DNA of 64,000 bases, taken from positions 110,610,001-110,674,000 of the forward strand of contig NW_024704743.1 of assembly GCF_018977255.1 (NCBI RefSeq), written 5' to 3'. The DNA comes from Callorhinchus milii (Eukaryota). Numbering within the stretch: the stretch's first letter is position 1; every line of letters begins with the position of its first letter. The notes under the pieces were generated by a model. That model saw only the letters and a program-made list of their open reading frames with translations, did not search any database and was not told the DNA's origin. The position numbers were made by a program, and so were the translations under genes. Shown here piece after piece: positions 1 to 13,560 of the stretch.

Positions 1-700
1 TTTGCCTTCTCAGTAAAATGCTGTGAAGAGCTTTGAGAAATCTCAACAATGTGATAAAGCGCTATACCAAATGCAAGGATCATTATTATATACTGTATTA
101 TTATTATAACATTGAACACATTTGTAGGGTGGTGTCCTAACAGAAAAATTACCAACTTTACACAATTATTATTATTATTTATGTAAATAAGTAGATTTGG
201 GCCACAGATATAAATCAAGCTTGCACTTTCTCACCTTGCCATTGATATCATTGTTTGAAAGATGGACAGCACAGTTGGGTTTCTAATATAACAATCATAC
301 AAATGGGAATATAATTCCCATTGTAAACCTCTCTGAAAAGGTCAGTAAATTTACTGACCGGCAGCAGTCTTTTGAAATATAAAGGAGTTGTTTAATTGTA
401 CAATTGCAGAAATGGAAGAACCGGTTTACAACAGCTATATGATTGTTTTAACAATTGAGGACTCATCTTTAAATATTTGTGTTTATGTCATTTGATACTG
501 TATAATCCGAAGATCTAAAGATAACAACAATGATTTATCTGATGGTTTTCGCAACATTGAACAAATACTTGCAGGTCCAAGAGTTAGCACGCACTCATTA
601 TCCTTTTCATTATCATAGGACACCCAGGCCCCCATTGAAAAGTTGAAGAAAACAACATGCATCTATATCGCACCCTTGACATGCAGTAGCATGAAGCAAA

Positions 701-1014
701 TAATAATAATAATCCTTGCATTTGATATAGCGCTTTTCACGTCGGGAGGACGTCCCAAAGCGCTTCACAGAACACACTGTAAAGTGAATTGACTGTATAT
801 TTGTGGGCAAACGCGGCAGCCAATTGCACACAGCAATGTCCCACAAACAGTCATAGATTGAAAATGACCGATTTAATTATTGTTTTTGTTTTTGGAGGGA
901 TTATTATTAGGCGTGTGGAGTAAGGAAACTTGCCCAAGGTTTCGCCCTGTCTGGAATTGAACTCAGGTCTCTCGCTTGCAAAACGAGTGCTCTAACCACT
1001 GAGCTACAGGACTC
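701..1014 (-). mobile_element. Young tRNA-Ala-derived Deu-SINE, full length
   Basis: A/B boxes, CTCGC-TTTGCAA-GCGAG anticodon-like arm, Deu-like core GCTGTGCGCAATTGGCTGCCGCG, L2-like tail, (ATT)n. Confidence 0.9.
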
Positions 1015-1289
1015 TAGAAAGGTAATTGTAAATAAGAAGCCAGTAAAGGATGATACTGAAATCAGAAAAGATACAGGACAAACCATGTTGCTCAGAGAGC
1101 AGAGGCAGAAATGTTTTATGATCTTAGCTTTAAGAACATTGTCGTAAAAGATATGTTTATCCAAAACCACGGTGTTTCAAATGCAATGCTGCGAAATGGA
1201 TTCAACTCGATAAATAAATGCCACATTGGATTTGTTATGAAACATTGCATTTTTCTCACTCCCTAGTGTTATGATCATCGGCCATGTCA

Positions 1290-1606
1290 ACCTGAACTCT
1301 GCAGGCTCCAGCCTGCTCCAAGGCCCCACCCCAACCCACCCCACCGTCGGCTATTGGGCCTTAAGCCTCTCTATCCCAACCCTTTGGAAATCCATCCCTC
1401 ATTCCCTTCAACTTGCTCCCTCCCTTGCCTCCTTCAAGGCACGTTTCAAGACCCTACTCTTTGACCGCACCTTCGGCCACCCTCCTACCCTTCCTGCCCT
1501 CCACCCCTCCTGATCCCAAGCCCCTGCTTGGGTCCAAATCCCTGACTGTCCAATGCCTTGGGATGTCCTCCCGACGTTAAAGCCCTATACAAATGTAATT
1601 TGTTGT
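1290..1606 (+). mobile_element. L2 3' fragment
   Basis: SLASFKARFKTLLF peptide and the L2 tail. Confidence 0.8.
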
Positions 1607-1644
1607 TAGTCATTTCACCTGAATGTATCATAATAAAATATATA

Positions 1645-2121
1645 AGAATAATCCTTGCAATTGATATAGCGCTTTTCACGTCTTCTAGACATCCCAAAGC
1701 GCTTTACAGAATATTCTGTAAAGTGAATCAACTGTATATTTGTGGGCGAACGAGGAAGCCAATTGCGCACAGCAATGTCCCACAAATAGTCGTGGATTGA
1801 AAATGACCAACGTCTCAAAGCTCTTCACAGAACTGTAAAGTGGATTGACTGTGTATTTTAGTGGGTGAAACGCGGCAGCCAATTGCACACAGCAGTGTCG
1901 CACAAACGGTGGTGGAGTGAGCGACCCCAAAGTATTTTTTGGAGGAGATTATTACTACTGGAAAGCGATCCACCAATTGTCTGACAACCGGGTTCCAAAT
2001 TACTGCTAGGTAAACAGAAGCGTGTGAATTAAGGAAACTTGCCTAGGATTTCTCCCTACCCGGGAATCAAACCCGGATCTTCTCACTTCTTGGAGAGCAC
2101 TAACAACTACCTACAGGATTC
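1645..2121 (-). mobile_element. Two stacked SINE copies (young 3' half and older long subfamily)
   Basis: Homology to the other copies. Confidence 0.8.
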
Positions 2122-2779
2122 CACAACGTGCATCTGAAAACGAGAAGGAAAAATTTGCTATAAAACAACAAAGATTAGTGCAATATCTCCTGCACTCTTA
2201 AACACACTCTTTCTCAGGACATCAGGATTGGCCTCTCTGTTTTGAGCTGGATTCATGAACAAGACACAACAACAACAAATTGAATTCCATAAACCCAGGG
2301 GGCATCTCCCTGCTAACCACCAAGGATCAAATGAACACTCAGCAATCACTACAAGAATGTAGAGCATTCATTCCTCCCCCACCAACCAGCAACCAGACAA
2401 AAACTTTGTCTCGGAATCCACAATACTGCATGAGCCCTTAAGCAGAAACTTTTTTTTATCTTCAACAACTGAATCATTATTTCCTACCGATTAGACCAGA
2501 TAAGCATAATCTGGAATAAATGCATTATATAAAGTCACTAGTTTTAGAAATTCTCTGGACTTTATGCAGTGTCATGGTACAAATCTCCTTGAAGCTTTCC
2601 GTAATGATGGAGCAGGTTTCCTGACAGTCAGTGTATTTTTATGTCTGATAAATTGTGTGTCAAGACATATAAAACATACGATTATCTTTTGCACTCTCTC
2701 CTTCACTTTCTTACTTTCAGGTGAAAATGTATTCAATAGCATTGACCACACACCTGCTCACTGAGGTGGTAAATATGAA

Positions 2780-3292
2780 GTGGTTAGAGCACTCACCTCG
2801 CAAGCAAGAGGTCATGGGTTCGATTCCTTGGCAGGGCGAAATGTTGGGCATGTTTCCTTACTTCACACACCTCTGTTCCCCTAGCAGTAAGTAGGAACCT
2901 GGTTGTTAATCAAGTGGCGGATTACTTTTCCAGGGGTAATAATCCCTCCAAAATAATACATTTGGTCACTCAATCCACGACTGCTTTTGGGACACTGCTG
3001 TGTGTAATTGGCTGTTTGTAACTAGTTAACACTGACCAGCAAACCTAACAGTGATCAGCTAACTAAGAGTGACCAGCAAATGGTGATCAGCTAAGCAACA
3101 GTACCAACAGCTATCTTACAGTAACCAGTTAACCAACATTAAACCAGCTAACAACGATAAGTTAACTAACAGTAATTATACAGTCCACAAAACATACAAT
3201 CAATTCATTTAACAGTATATCCTGTGAAACGCTTTGAGACGTCTAGAAGACATGATAAGGTGCTACATTAAGTGCAAGGATTATTATTATTA
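2780..3292 (+). mobile_element. Older-subfamily Deu-SINE split by a minisatellite at ~3020-3175
   Basis: Head and core 2780-3015, tail 3185-3292. Confidence 0.8.
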
Positions 3293-4874
3293 CTAATAGA
3301 ACCTTGAGTAAAATCTGATAGGAAGTCTTAATCTGCTACTTTTGCATTCCAGCAAGCCCATCAAAATACGAAGCATGTCATATCTGGGCAGTAAGTCAGA
3401 AACAATACAGAAATGGTACAGAAACAAAGAATAATGAGCCACAGTCCCAAAATAATCCTGCACAGGAGTAGGCAGGGGACACTTACATCTATGAATGATG
3501 ATGAAATGCATCAAGGTGAAAATTTCAGGTTATTCTACTGCCGCAGGAATGGAGAATTCTCTCTTGTGTTCTGAATATTGTAAAGTGGCAACTTTAAAAT
3601 AGAAAGTGCACAAAATGCAATAAATAATGTATGTGTTTCGCCGGGAAACAAGATGAGCTAAATACTCAAAGGACCTGGATAGACTAAGTAATTTTTTTGA
3701 TCAATAGATTGATTACAACAACAACAAGTTTACATAAAATAGCTCCTCAGAGTGACAACAAAAAAGGACAACTTGCAGTCTCATATGGAGGATAAACTTC
3801 AGCATGGAGTATTTGGGCTGAATGCCCAGTTTCGGTGCTGTATAATCTCTGTAAATCTATGCATTTATACAGCATCCTTCATACACAATACTGCCTTGGG
3901 CCCTTCACAAAGGGGAACGTCAGAGAATCCAGATGGTGAGCAAAGACGAGTGGAAATGGAGAAGGGGTTGGCGTTCGAAGCAGTAGTTAAAGACAGAGAG
4001 ACGAGCGAAAAGAGGGATTGCATTCCTAAAATTATGGATGTAGGATCTGAAAGTTCATCCACCAATTGTGATATGGAAAGGGCGGGGAACATCCAGCAAA
4101 CCCGAGTGGAGGGAGCGATCGGAGATTGAGATTGTCAGCCTCAATTTTGAACTTAAATTCCCAATGTGGTTCTTGAACCCACTACCTTCAGACTCAGAGA
4201 TAAGAGTGTTATCAACTGAGCCAGGTTACATCACTCAAGGGCCTACTGCTAACATTCAACATTCAACAGCTACTCCTGAAATCTATTCTCATGAAACACA
4301 AGTACAAAAACACATAGTAAGCTGTTTGGATAACAACTTGAGACATACTGATTGTTTTCACATTTCATAAACATTAACTTTTCTGAAGAAACAGTTTCAT
4401 AAAGTTGATGTACTAATTGGTTAACACTGTTTAAAAGTGACTAGGCATCATTTTTTTGTGTAGAAATAGCTAAATCCGAATGGAGGGGGCGAGCGGAGAA
4501 ATAGCTATATGTGATAATCCAGCTGGATGATTGTTTGTACTATAACCAGAGACAGCAAAAAAAATACTTTGACTCATTGCAAAAGATTGTTCCACATTTT
4601 ACTCCAATTTTATTTTATTGCTTTCCCAGATGTTTTATTTTATTTATTTTTCGGAGCCTCAAAGAAATCACCAGATGTCAGCATTTGCTATTGTGTTGAT
4701 GTACGTTTGTGCTTTAATCTCTCTCTGGCACTCTAGTGAAACATCATCACCGCTTCACCGGGATTCAGGAAATTGCGGATGAAAAGGCTAGGGTTGTTCT
4801 GCCTATTGGTCACAGGTTGATTCATCCAACATTTGTGTGTATCAGCCTGGCTCAGATGGTAGCCTCTCACCTCT

Positions 4875-5133
4875 ATAATAATAATAATCCTTGCATTTTG
4901 ATGTAGCGCTTTTCACATCGGGAGGACGTCCCAAAGCGCTTCACAGAACATACTGTAAAGTGAATTGACTGTATATTTGTGGGCGAACGCGGCAGCCAAT
5001 TGCGCACAGCAATGTCCCACAAACAGTCGTAGATTGAAAATGACCAATTTATTATTGTTTTGTTTTGGAGGGATTATTATTAGGCGTGTGGAGTAAGGAG
5101 ACTTGCCCAAGGTTTCACCCTGACCTGCCTGGA
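4875..5133 (-). mobile_element. Young SINE, 5'-truncated
   Basis: Near-identical to the other young copies. Confidence 0.9.
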
Positions 5134-5165
5134 GCCAGAAGATTGTGGGTTCAAGTCCCACGTCA

Positions 5166-5489
5166 GGAGTCCTGTAGCTCAGTGGTTTAGAGCACTCGCT
5201 TTGCAAGCAAGAGACCTGAGTTCAATTCCAGGCAGAGGGCGAAACCTTGGGCAAGTTTCCTTACTCCACACAGAGCCTAATAATAATCCCTCCAAAAAAC
5301 CAAAAGCAATAATAAATTGGTTATTTTCAATCTACGACTGTTTGTGCGACATTGCTGTGCGCAATTGGCTGCCGCGTTCGCCCACAAATAAACAGTCAAT
5401 TCACTTTACAGTGTGTTCTGTGAAGCGCTTTGGGACGTCCTCCTGACGTGAAAAGCGCTATATCAAATCCAAGGATTATTATTATTATT
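5166..5489 (+). mobile_element. Young SINE, full length
   Basis: As 701-1014. Confidence 0.92.
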
Positions 5490-6139
5490 TGGAACTCATA
5501 CAGTCTAAGATGATACTCCAATGCAATGAGATGGTTTGTCCATTGTTGTGAGGTGCCATCCTTCGGATGAGACGTTAAACTGAGGCTCCGTCTGCCTGTC
5601 CAGATAGACTTTAAAAACTCCCATGACACTATTTCTCCATGTTGTTCTGATCAACAATTCCCCACATACAATTGGTCATTCAATTCTTGGTTGTTTATGG
5701 GACATCACTGTGTGAAAATTGGCTGTCTTGGATCCCAGAAAACACACAATCACTGCACTTAACAGTATGAAGCACTTTGGAACGTGTTCCTGATGTGAAA
5801 GGCGCTTTACCAAATATGAGGATTAGTGTTAGACAACAGAACATTTCTCTTTACTAAAGCCCTTTACTAAAACTCTTACACAAGCCCTCTTTACTAAACC
5901 TAATGACAATAGATTTAGTAAAGAGGGCTTGGAATGGAGGTTTGATGCAGTTGTGTACTTTTACTTTATACTTGTGCAGTATCTTGGTGAATATTAAGTC
6001 AACAGTTTTACACATTAGATTGTACGATGCCACTTTTGTTAAAAGCTTTACTAATCATACAGCAATTAAGGAGTTTTGAGAAAGCATATCACAGCCATTC
6101 TCATATTGCATTTTCCATTCCCATCGATCAATTATTAAA

Positions 6140-6668
6140 CAACAACAGAATTACATTTGTAGAGCGCCTTTCATGTCGAGAGAATGTCCCAAAGGACTGG
6201 ACAATCAGTGTTTCGAAGCCGAGCTGAGGGCTGGGATTGGGTAGGGTGGAGGGCAGGGGGCGAAGGAGAGTGATCGAAAGCACAGTCGAAAAGGAGGGTC
6301 TTGCGATGGGTCTTGAAGGAGGCAATGGAGGGGCAAGGTGGAGGGACTGCAGGATAGAGTTTCAGAGGATGGGGGCAGAGTGGTTGAGGTCCGCTCGTCA
6401 ATGGTGCGGCAGGCAAGACGGGGGATTTGAAACAGGCTGGAGTACACTGAACGGAGGGAGCAGGCAGGTTATTAGGGGGTTAGGAGGCTGGAGAGGTAGG
6501 GGGGAGCAAGGCCATAGAGGGCTTTGAAGGTGAGGACCAGGATCTTGAACTGTATCCTCTGTGTGATGGGGAGCCAGCAGACTCGGGCGAGGATAGGGGT
6601 GATAGGGTCACGGAGCCTAGTGCAGGAGAAGACATGGGCTGCAGAGTTCTGAATGATCTGCAGCCTAT
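6140..6668 (-). mobile_element. L2 3' fragment
   Basis: ASFKTHRKTLLFD and the L2 tail; homologous to the other copies. Confidence 0.85.
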
Positions 6669-7067
6669 GTATCAGATAATAAAATAAAAAAAGACGATTT
6701 ATTTGTGGTTAATAAGTCATATCCTCATAAACAGTAAGGTGTGATGGTTATTTTTTTAAAAAATAGTTAATGGGGAAGCATGATCGCACTGATATAATTT
6801 GAATGTCATTTGGACTTGGTGCACTCAGCTCCTCAGTCCATACCATCACCCAATGTGTTTGCAGCATACCTGGGAACAGGACTCATACATGTTGCAAGCG
6901 AATCAAAATGGATTCTATAAGCTTCACAGGTGCTGTTTTGCATTACAAATGTGGCTCATTGGTATTCAAACTCTTTGCATTGTTGCTTGTAAATTGATCA
7001 TTTCCAGCCAGGATAAGTCAAAGTGTTTGATCAAATAACCCCGAGATTGATGTACGGTACATTTGCT

Positions 7068-7860
7068 TCATAGAATCATAGAATCATACAGCACAGAAAG
7101 AGGCCATTCGGTTCATTACATCTGCGCCAGCTCCTAAAAGAGCAATTCTACTCAATCCCACTGGCTCGCTTTCTCTCCATAGCCCTGCAATCCTGTCCTC
7201 CCCAAATACCTATCTACTTCTCTCCTAAAAGTTGTTATTGAATCGGTTTCCACTACCCTTTCAGGTAATGCATTCCAGATCCGAACAACTCGCTGGATGA
7301 AAAACATTTTCCTTAGCTCCCCTCTGTTTCTTTTAACAACTATCTTAAATTGGTGTCCTCGGGTTACTGACCCATATGCCAGTGGAAATAGTTTTTCCCG
7401 GTTCAACCTATCAAATCCTCTCATGATCTTGAAAACCTCTATTCAATCCCCTCTTAATTTTCTCTGCTCTGGGAGAATAATCCTAGTTTCGCTAACCTCT
7501 CCTCATTCCTGGTCCCATCCTGGTAACCCTCCTTTGCCCCCTCTCCAATGCCCTAACATCTTTCCTAAAGTGCGGTGCCCAGAACTGAACGCAGTACTCC
7601 AACTGAGGCCTAACCAGCATTTTATAAATATTCAATATAACCTCCTGACTTTTGAATTCTATGCCCCTATTTATAAAACGTAGTATCGCGTCTGCTTTTT
7701 TAACAGCTTTATCTACCTGTCCTGCCACCTTCAGAGATTTGTGGACCCCTGGGCTCTCTGTTCATTTGCCCCCTTTAAGATTGTACCATTTAGCTTACAC
7801 TGGCTCTCCTCATTCTTCCTACCAAAATGCAACACTTCACATTTCTTCACATTAAACCTC
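7068..7860 (-). mobile_element. CR1 LINE 3' fragment
   Basis: LVRPQLEYCVQFWAP, TRGH and RVVRIWNALP; (ATTCTATG)n tail. Confidence 0.92.
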
Positions 7861-10103
7861 TTCCACCACGCTTCTACGAAATTCTCTCACATTTGCTTTG
7901 CAACAGCAAAAAAGACACTGGTAGAGGGACTGTGAGGCCAGGGAAGAGAGAGGAAAAGGAATCGAGAATCTGAGAGGCAGCGACTGTAGTGTGGGTATTC
8001 AAGAAGATCAGTTGGGTTGAAGGTACCTTTCTCATTCAATCTCTCTTGTGATCGCTGTATTTGCATTCATCAATGGCTAATAAACTGAAGTACAGGTTCC
8101 ACATGGTCAGGACATTCCTCTTGCCAGCATATTATGAGAGGTGACAATATTGCAGCCTTTGGAAACTGTAGCACAAAGCATTTCAGGATCTTTTCAATGA
8201 CAATTCCAAGTGATTGTGTTCTCTGCATTAGATAGCTCTGTTCTATTTTGTTCATAACTGTTCATTTTTGTTAGCAAGGATATTCTTGGTACAAAGGCTT
8301 GCAGCTCGTTCACAAATCTGCTTTTTTGATAAGAAATGTAGGAAGTTTGCAAAGTACCAAGACTGATGTTATCATCTTTGTTCTAACTTGCAATTGGGCC
8401 AATAAATTTTTGTGTTGCCCTGTGGAAAATTGTGTAGGTTTGTTACCTTAAGATCTATTGCAGGAATTGTTTGATCAGTGAAATCAGAAAGGCGGTCTCT
8501 TCCTTCAAATGTGATGTGCGATGGCTGCGGTAAACCTCTTTACGTGAGAAGGCAGGACATTCCAGCAAGCTGTTTTGTGCTTCTTACTGCTACTGGCCAG
8601 CTGTTACTTTGCCCTACATACTGAATATCGACAACAACAACTGTGCATTTATACAGTACCCTTCGCATAGAATAACATCCAGGAATGTTTCAGTAGCAGG
8701 GTCAAACCGCAAGCTACAATAAGGACAGGAGCATGACCATAGCCGCAGCCGAAGAGATAGGTTTTAAGGTGGGAATTGAAGGTAGATAGCGAGGGGTGAG
8801 AGGCAGAGTGACAGAGGCAGGGAGTTCCAGACACGTAATGAGTAATGGGTTGGCCACCGATAGTGAGATGGAGCACACATCAGGCCTGTTTTAGCTGAGT
8901 GAGTGAAGGGTCAGACAAGGCAACATAATACAAGAACTCTGGAAACGATCAGTAAATCCCTTCACTCAACATTCAGAAAGATAAGATTCTGTACAACTTT
9001 AATTAAAAATAACCGAACAGAATAAGTATTAGAAAGGGCCCAAAGAACTTCACTCCTCTATAATAATAACAATCCTTGCATTTGATATAGCACCTTTCAC
9101 ATTAGGAGGACATCTCAAAGTGCTTCACAGAATATATTATAAATTGACTGTGTCTTTTGTGCACGAATATACAGTATGTATGTATGTTAATGAGAAATAT
9201 ACATTCAAAATTGCAAGAATAACCAGATTCTCGTGGGTTATGGGGTTAAACTAGAGGCTTAACTACACCACTACATCTGTTAAAGACATACTCCATCTAA
9301 ATCTACGTTTTGGATCATTGACTATGTTCCACAGTCTCGGAGGAAACAGCAGCTGCATAGAAAACATTGTTATAGACAAGCATTCTGTCACTTCAGATTT
9401 CTGTTAGCAGCCGTGCTTCCTCCAGTGCTAAATCTTAGGCATTGGCACAGTGAATCGGTGTGGGAATTTCCTTGGACAACAGCATTGTGCAAAGGCAGCC
9501 AAGGAGGGAGGGGGATGATTATCTCACTACAAATGTATTGTACCAAGGTAAGAAGGGATCGAGTTCAGAGTGCAGCACAAGAGAATATTGATTAAAGGGT
9601 GTTTTCTCTTCTGCTTCTGCACACTTAAATGTTACCTTCAGGGCGGACACTCAACGGAAATTTACGACAATGTGATGTTCCTGTGTGTGGAGTGGGTGTG
9701 TGGGTGCGGATTGGCTACAATATTAGTTAGCAAGCAATAAGTAATTTGTGACATTTCGTAACATGCTTGATGATCACTACAGAAGTGCCAGTAAATACAA
9801 CCCTTAAGATGTATTAATAATAATCCTTAAATTTGATATACCATCTCTCACGTTGGGAGGACGCGTCACAGTGCTTCAAAGAAATATACTGTAAAGTGCA
9901 GTGACGTTCTGTGAGTGAACCCGGCAGCCAAGTTACTCACAGATGGAGACCATTCAGCCAACCGTTCCGATGCTGGTTCTATAATAGGACTCATCATCAT
10001 TTAGTCCCATTGCCATGCTTGCCAGCGCCTTGGGACGTCCTCCTGACGTGAAAGGCGCTTTATAAATGGAATCTTGTTGTTGTTGTTGTTGTTTTCCCCA
10101 AAT

Positions 10104-10313
10104 CATAGAATCAATCATAGAATCATAGAATTACACAGCATAGAAGGAGGCCATTCTGCCCATCGTGTCTGTGCTGGCTCTTTGAAAAGAGCTATCCAAA
10201 TCAATCCCACTCCCCCGCGCTCTCCCCATACTCCTGCAAACTTATCCTCCCCAAATAATTATTTACTTCTCTGTTAAAATTTGTTATTGAATCGGCTTCC
10301 ACAACCCTTTCAG
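10104..10313 (-). mobile_element. CR1 3' end
   Basis: CATAGAAT repeats and 3'UTR homologous to 7068-7270. Confidence 0.85.
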
Positions 10314-11069
10314 GATGAAAAGATTAAATACTTCCAACGATAGGAACCTTGAAAGAAGTTTATGCTCAGAGGCTCATGAAAAAATTGTGGTTACAGCTTG
10401 GGAGAAGTAAGTTTACAGAGTTCACTTAGAAAGCTGACGCTCAATTCTCAACCCACACACTGAAACACGAGCGGTTTGTTCAGACAAATTCAGACACCCA
10501 GTTTGAATCCTGCCCTTCAAGGTAAGTACAGTATATGCTGCAGTCGCTAAAAAATTACCTGTATCACTATATTTTTCTCACATGTCAATCAAAATCGCAC
10601 AGAATGCATTTTGCAAATTTAAGTAAAAATATACACCAAATAGTCAATAACCCTGCAACACACAGGAATATTCTGAAAGGATGAGATCAAATGGATTGAA
10701 GGATCTTTTTCATCTGAACCTCTCTTGTGATATCTCTATCGTCTTTATGTATCATGTGATGGTATTTTTCCCTGGGTGGTTGGAGACGAGGAGGCAGGGG
10801 TGTGGACTTATTTTACACAAAGTAGGATCCCAATCTGCAAAGGATAGAAACATCAGTGAAGTCACAAATCTGCCAATGGGCAATAATGTGTCTATTAGGA
10901 ACATTATCTAGATATGGAGCATTGGGCCTGTAACATAGCGTTAAGTTTTAAACAATTAATGGACTACAGAATTTCACAATAGAATTTATCTAATTATAAA
11001 CTTGGAGTATGTGCTAATGTTGTGGGACAATGAGTGAGAAAAGTCATGTTTAAGGCTTTTTTTTTGGTG

Positions 11070-11470
11070 ATGTTTAGCCTCTGAATCAGATGGTTGTACG
11101 TTCAAGCCCCAAGTCGGGACTTAGAACAGCCATTGTGTAGGCTGACACTCCAGTGCAGTGTCAGGGGTATGTGACATTGTCGGAAGTGCCATCCTTAGGA
11201 TAAAATATTAAATGGAGGTTCAGTCTGCCTGCTCAGGGGGAAGTTAAAGATCCCATGCCACTATTTGAAAAGCGAAAAAAAATTCTCCCAGTGACCTACC
11301 CAACAATCCCCCAAATAAAATTGGTCATTTACTTTATTGCTGTTTGTGGGATGTTGCTGTGAGCCAATGGGCGACCGCATTTGTCTACAAATACAGTGAC
11401 TGCACTTTATATTGCATCCAGTGAAACGCTTTGAAATATCTTTCTGGCGTGAATGGTGCTATGCTATCTA
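11070..11470 (+). mobile_element. Old SacSINE1-like Deu-SINE
   Basis: CCTCTGAATCAGATGGTTGTACGTTCAAGCCC head, GGCTGACACTCCAGTGCAGT, and Deu core. Related copies at 4843-5830 (nested) and 15500-15720. Confidence 0.7.
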
Positions 11471-13254
11471 CAATAATAATCCTTGCATTTGATACAGTGT
11501 CTTATTACGTCGGTGAGAAGTCTCAAAGCACTTCACAGGATTTACTGAATTATGGGTGAACGTGGCAGCCAGCCAGTTTGAGCACAACAATGTCCCTCAA
11601 ACAGCCATGGGGTGAGTGACCAATTGTACACTTCTAAACAAGAAACTATCTTGTTGTCTTCTCTAATTGGAATATTGCTGGCTATCTAGATTCAGCTCAG
11701 ATCACTTCATCTGTGCTGTTGTTGATAATTCAATCACTTCTCTCTTCTTATTTTGTTCTCCATCACAAGATCGCACAAGATCACACATCTGATCTCATTC
11801 TTTCAGAACACCCACGCTACTGCCCTCCCATTAAAGCATCAAGCTGCTTTTTACATTTGGTTTTGTGCTTTTCACATCAGGATGACATCCCAAAGGTTTC
11901 ACAGGATATACTGTAAAGTACAGTGACTGTGTGTTCTGTGTGCAAACGCTGCAGTCAATTTGTGCATAGCAATGTCTCACAAACAGCCACAAAGTGAATG
12001 ATTAATTCTAATACTGAATCCCATTAATAAACGTCACAAGTTAGATTGTGTAATTGTTAAATTCTCAAAGTCAGAATAAAACCTGGAACATTCGAGCTCC
12101 CAACACATTCTGTGTAAGATTTCCTTCCATAATAGCTTTTATGATTGTGGGATGTCTTATAAGTTACTATGATTCCAGGCATGATTGCGCACCCACCACA
12201 AACAGGCAATACTCCTTCACTGTGTAACAAGTGAAATTCAGCACAGTTATTTATGTTGTAATCGCCTTTACTCTATTACATGTTTTTAAGCTTGCAAGGT
12301 GCTGATTTATATAATCTCCTGACTCTACGGAAAACAAGTTTTATCTTTTTACCAGAAAAAGTTAAAGCACGAGTTAAGGCAACAAGATGCAAATCAAGAG
12401 AATTTAACTCAACCGCAAAGTTTTGCGAAACAGAGCCTTGTTTCTATTTGTAAATGGCAATTAGGACTTTGAACTGTACAGCATGTGTTAATATTTATCC
12501 CAGCAAGAAGGATCAGGAGGAACAATCTAAAATCCACAGAATATACTGTAAAGTGAATTAACTGTGTATTTTATGGGTGAAACCTGGCAGCCAATTGCGC
12601 ACAACAGTGTTCCACAAAATGTCCCTACATTTTGCTCAGAATTTGTTAAGCATTTTTCATCCCAATTATGTGACAACTTCTTGTAGCATAATGGTTAGAC
12701 CACTAGTCAATTGGTGGATGACTATCTTCTGGGGATAATAATCACTTCAAAAAAATAATAATTTTGTCACTTAATCCATGCTGTTTGTGGGACACTGCTG
12801 TGCGCAATTGGCTGCCGCGTTTCGCCCACAAAGTACACAGTTAATTCACTTTATAGTATATTCTGTGACGTGCTTTGAGACGTCTCAACGATGTGATAAA
12901 GTGCTATATCAAAATGCAAGGTTTATCATCATTACATCTGCAGATGATAATGGTCAAATTTGTCACAACCTGGAAAATGGGCTATAATTTATCACTTGGA
13001 AAGTGAGATTGAAAACTTCTTCAGAGGATTTGTTAGTTTCTCCATTTAATCATGTGAAGATTTCTAGGTCTTCGCATTCTTCCATTCAATTTCTATCGAG
13101 GAACATTGTTAAGTATATCTAGTGTAAGGTAAATTTTCACTTGGGTGGACACTTTTGCTCATTGCATACAGTACAGCAAATGGACACACCCAATTCTCAC
13201 CTAACAATGTGAGAAAAATGCTAGCCTAACATTATTCATCAACCTATCTGTACC

Positions 13255-13560
13255 TCCGCTCAGCAGGCTCCAGCCTGCTCCAAGTCCCCCACCCCACCTT
13301 CGGTTTTCGGGCATTCAGGCTTTCAGCCACCACCCTTGGGAACTCCGTCCCACATTCCCTTTGCCTTGCTCCCTCCCTTGGCTCCTTCAATGCATGTCTT
13401 CAAGACCCTCCTCTTTGACTGCGTCTTCAGGCACCCTCCTACCCTCCCTGCCTTCCCCCCTCCCCAATCCTGACCCCCAGCTCGGGTCCAAATCACTGAC
13501 TGTCCAGCACCTTGGGACGTCCTCCAAATGTGAAAGGCGCTATATAAATGCAATTTTGTA
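13255..13560 (+). mobile_element. L2 3' fragment
   Basis: Homologous to the other L2 3' ends. Confidence 0.8.

Noticed and set aside
3752..4370. 125-aa and 100-aa + strand ORFs
   Set aside because: No recognisable domain or splice context; overlaps degenerate repeat sequence.
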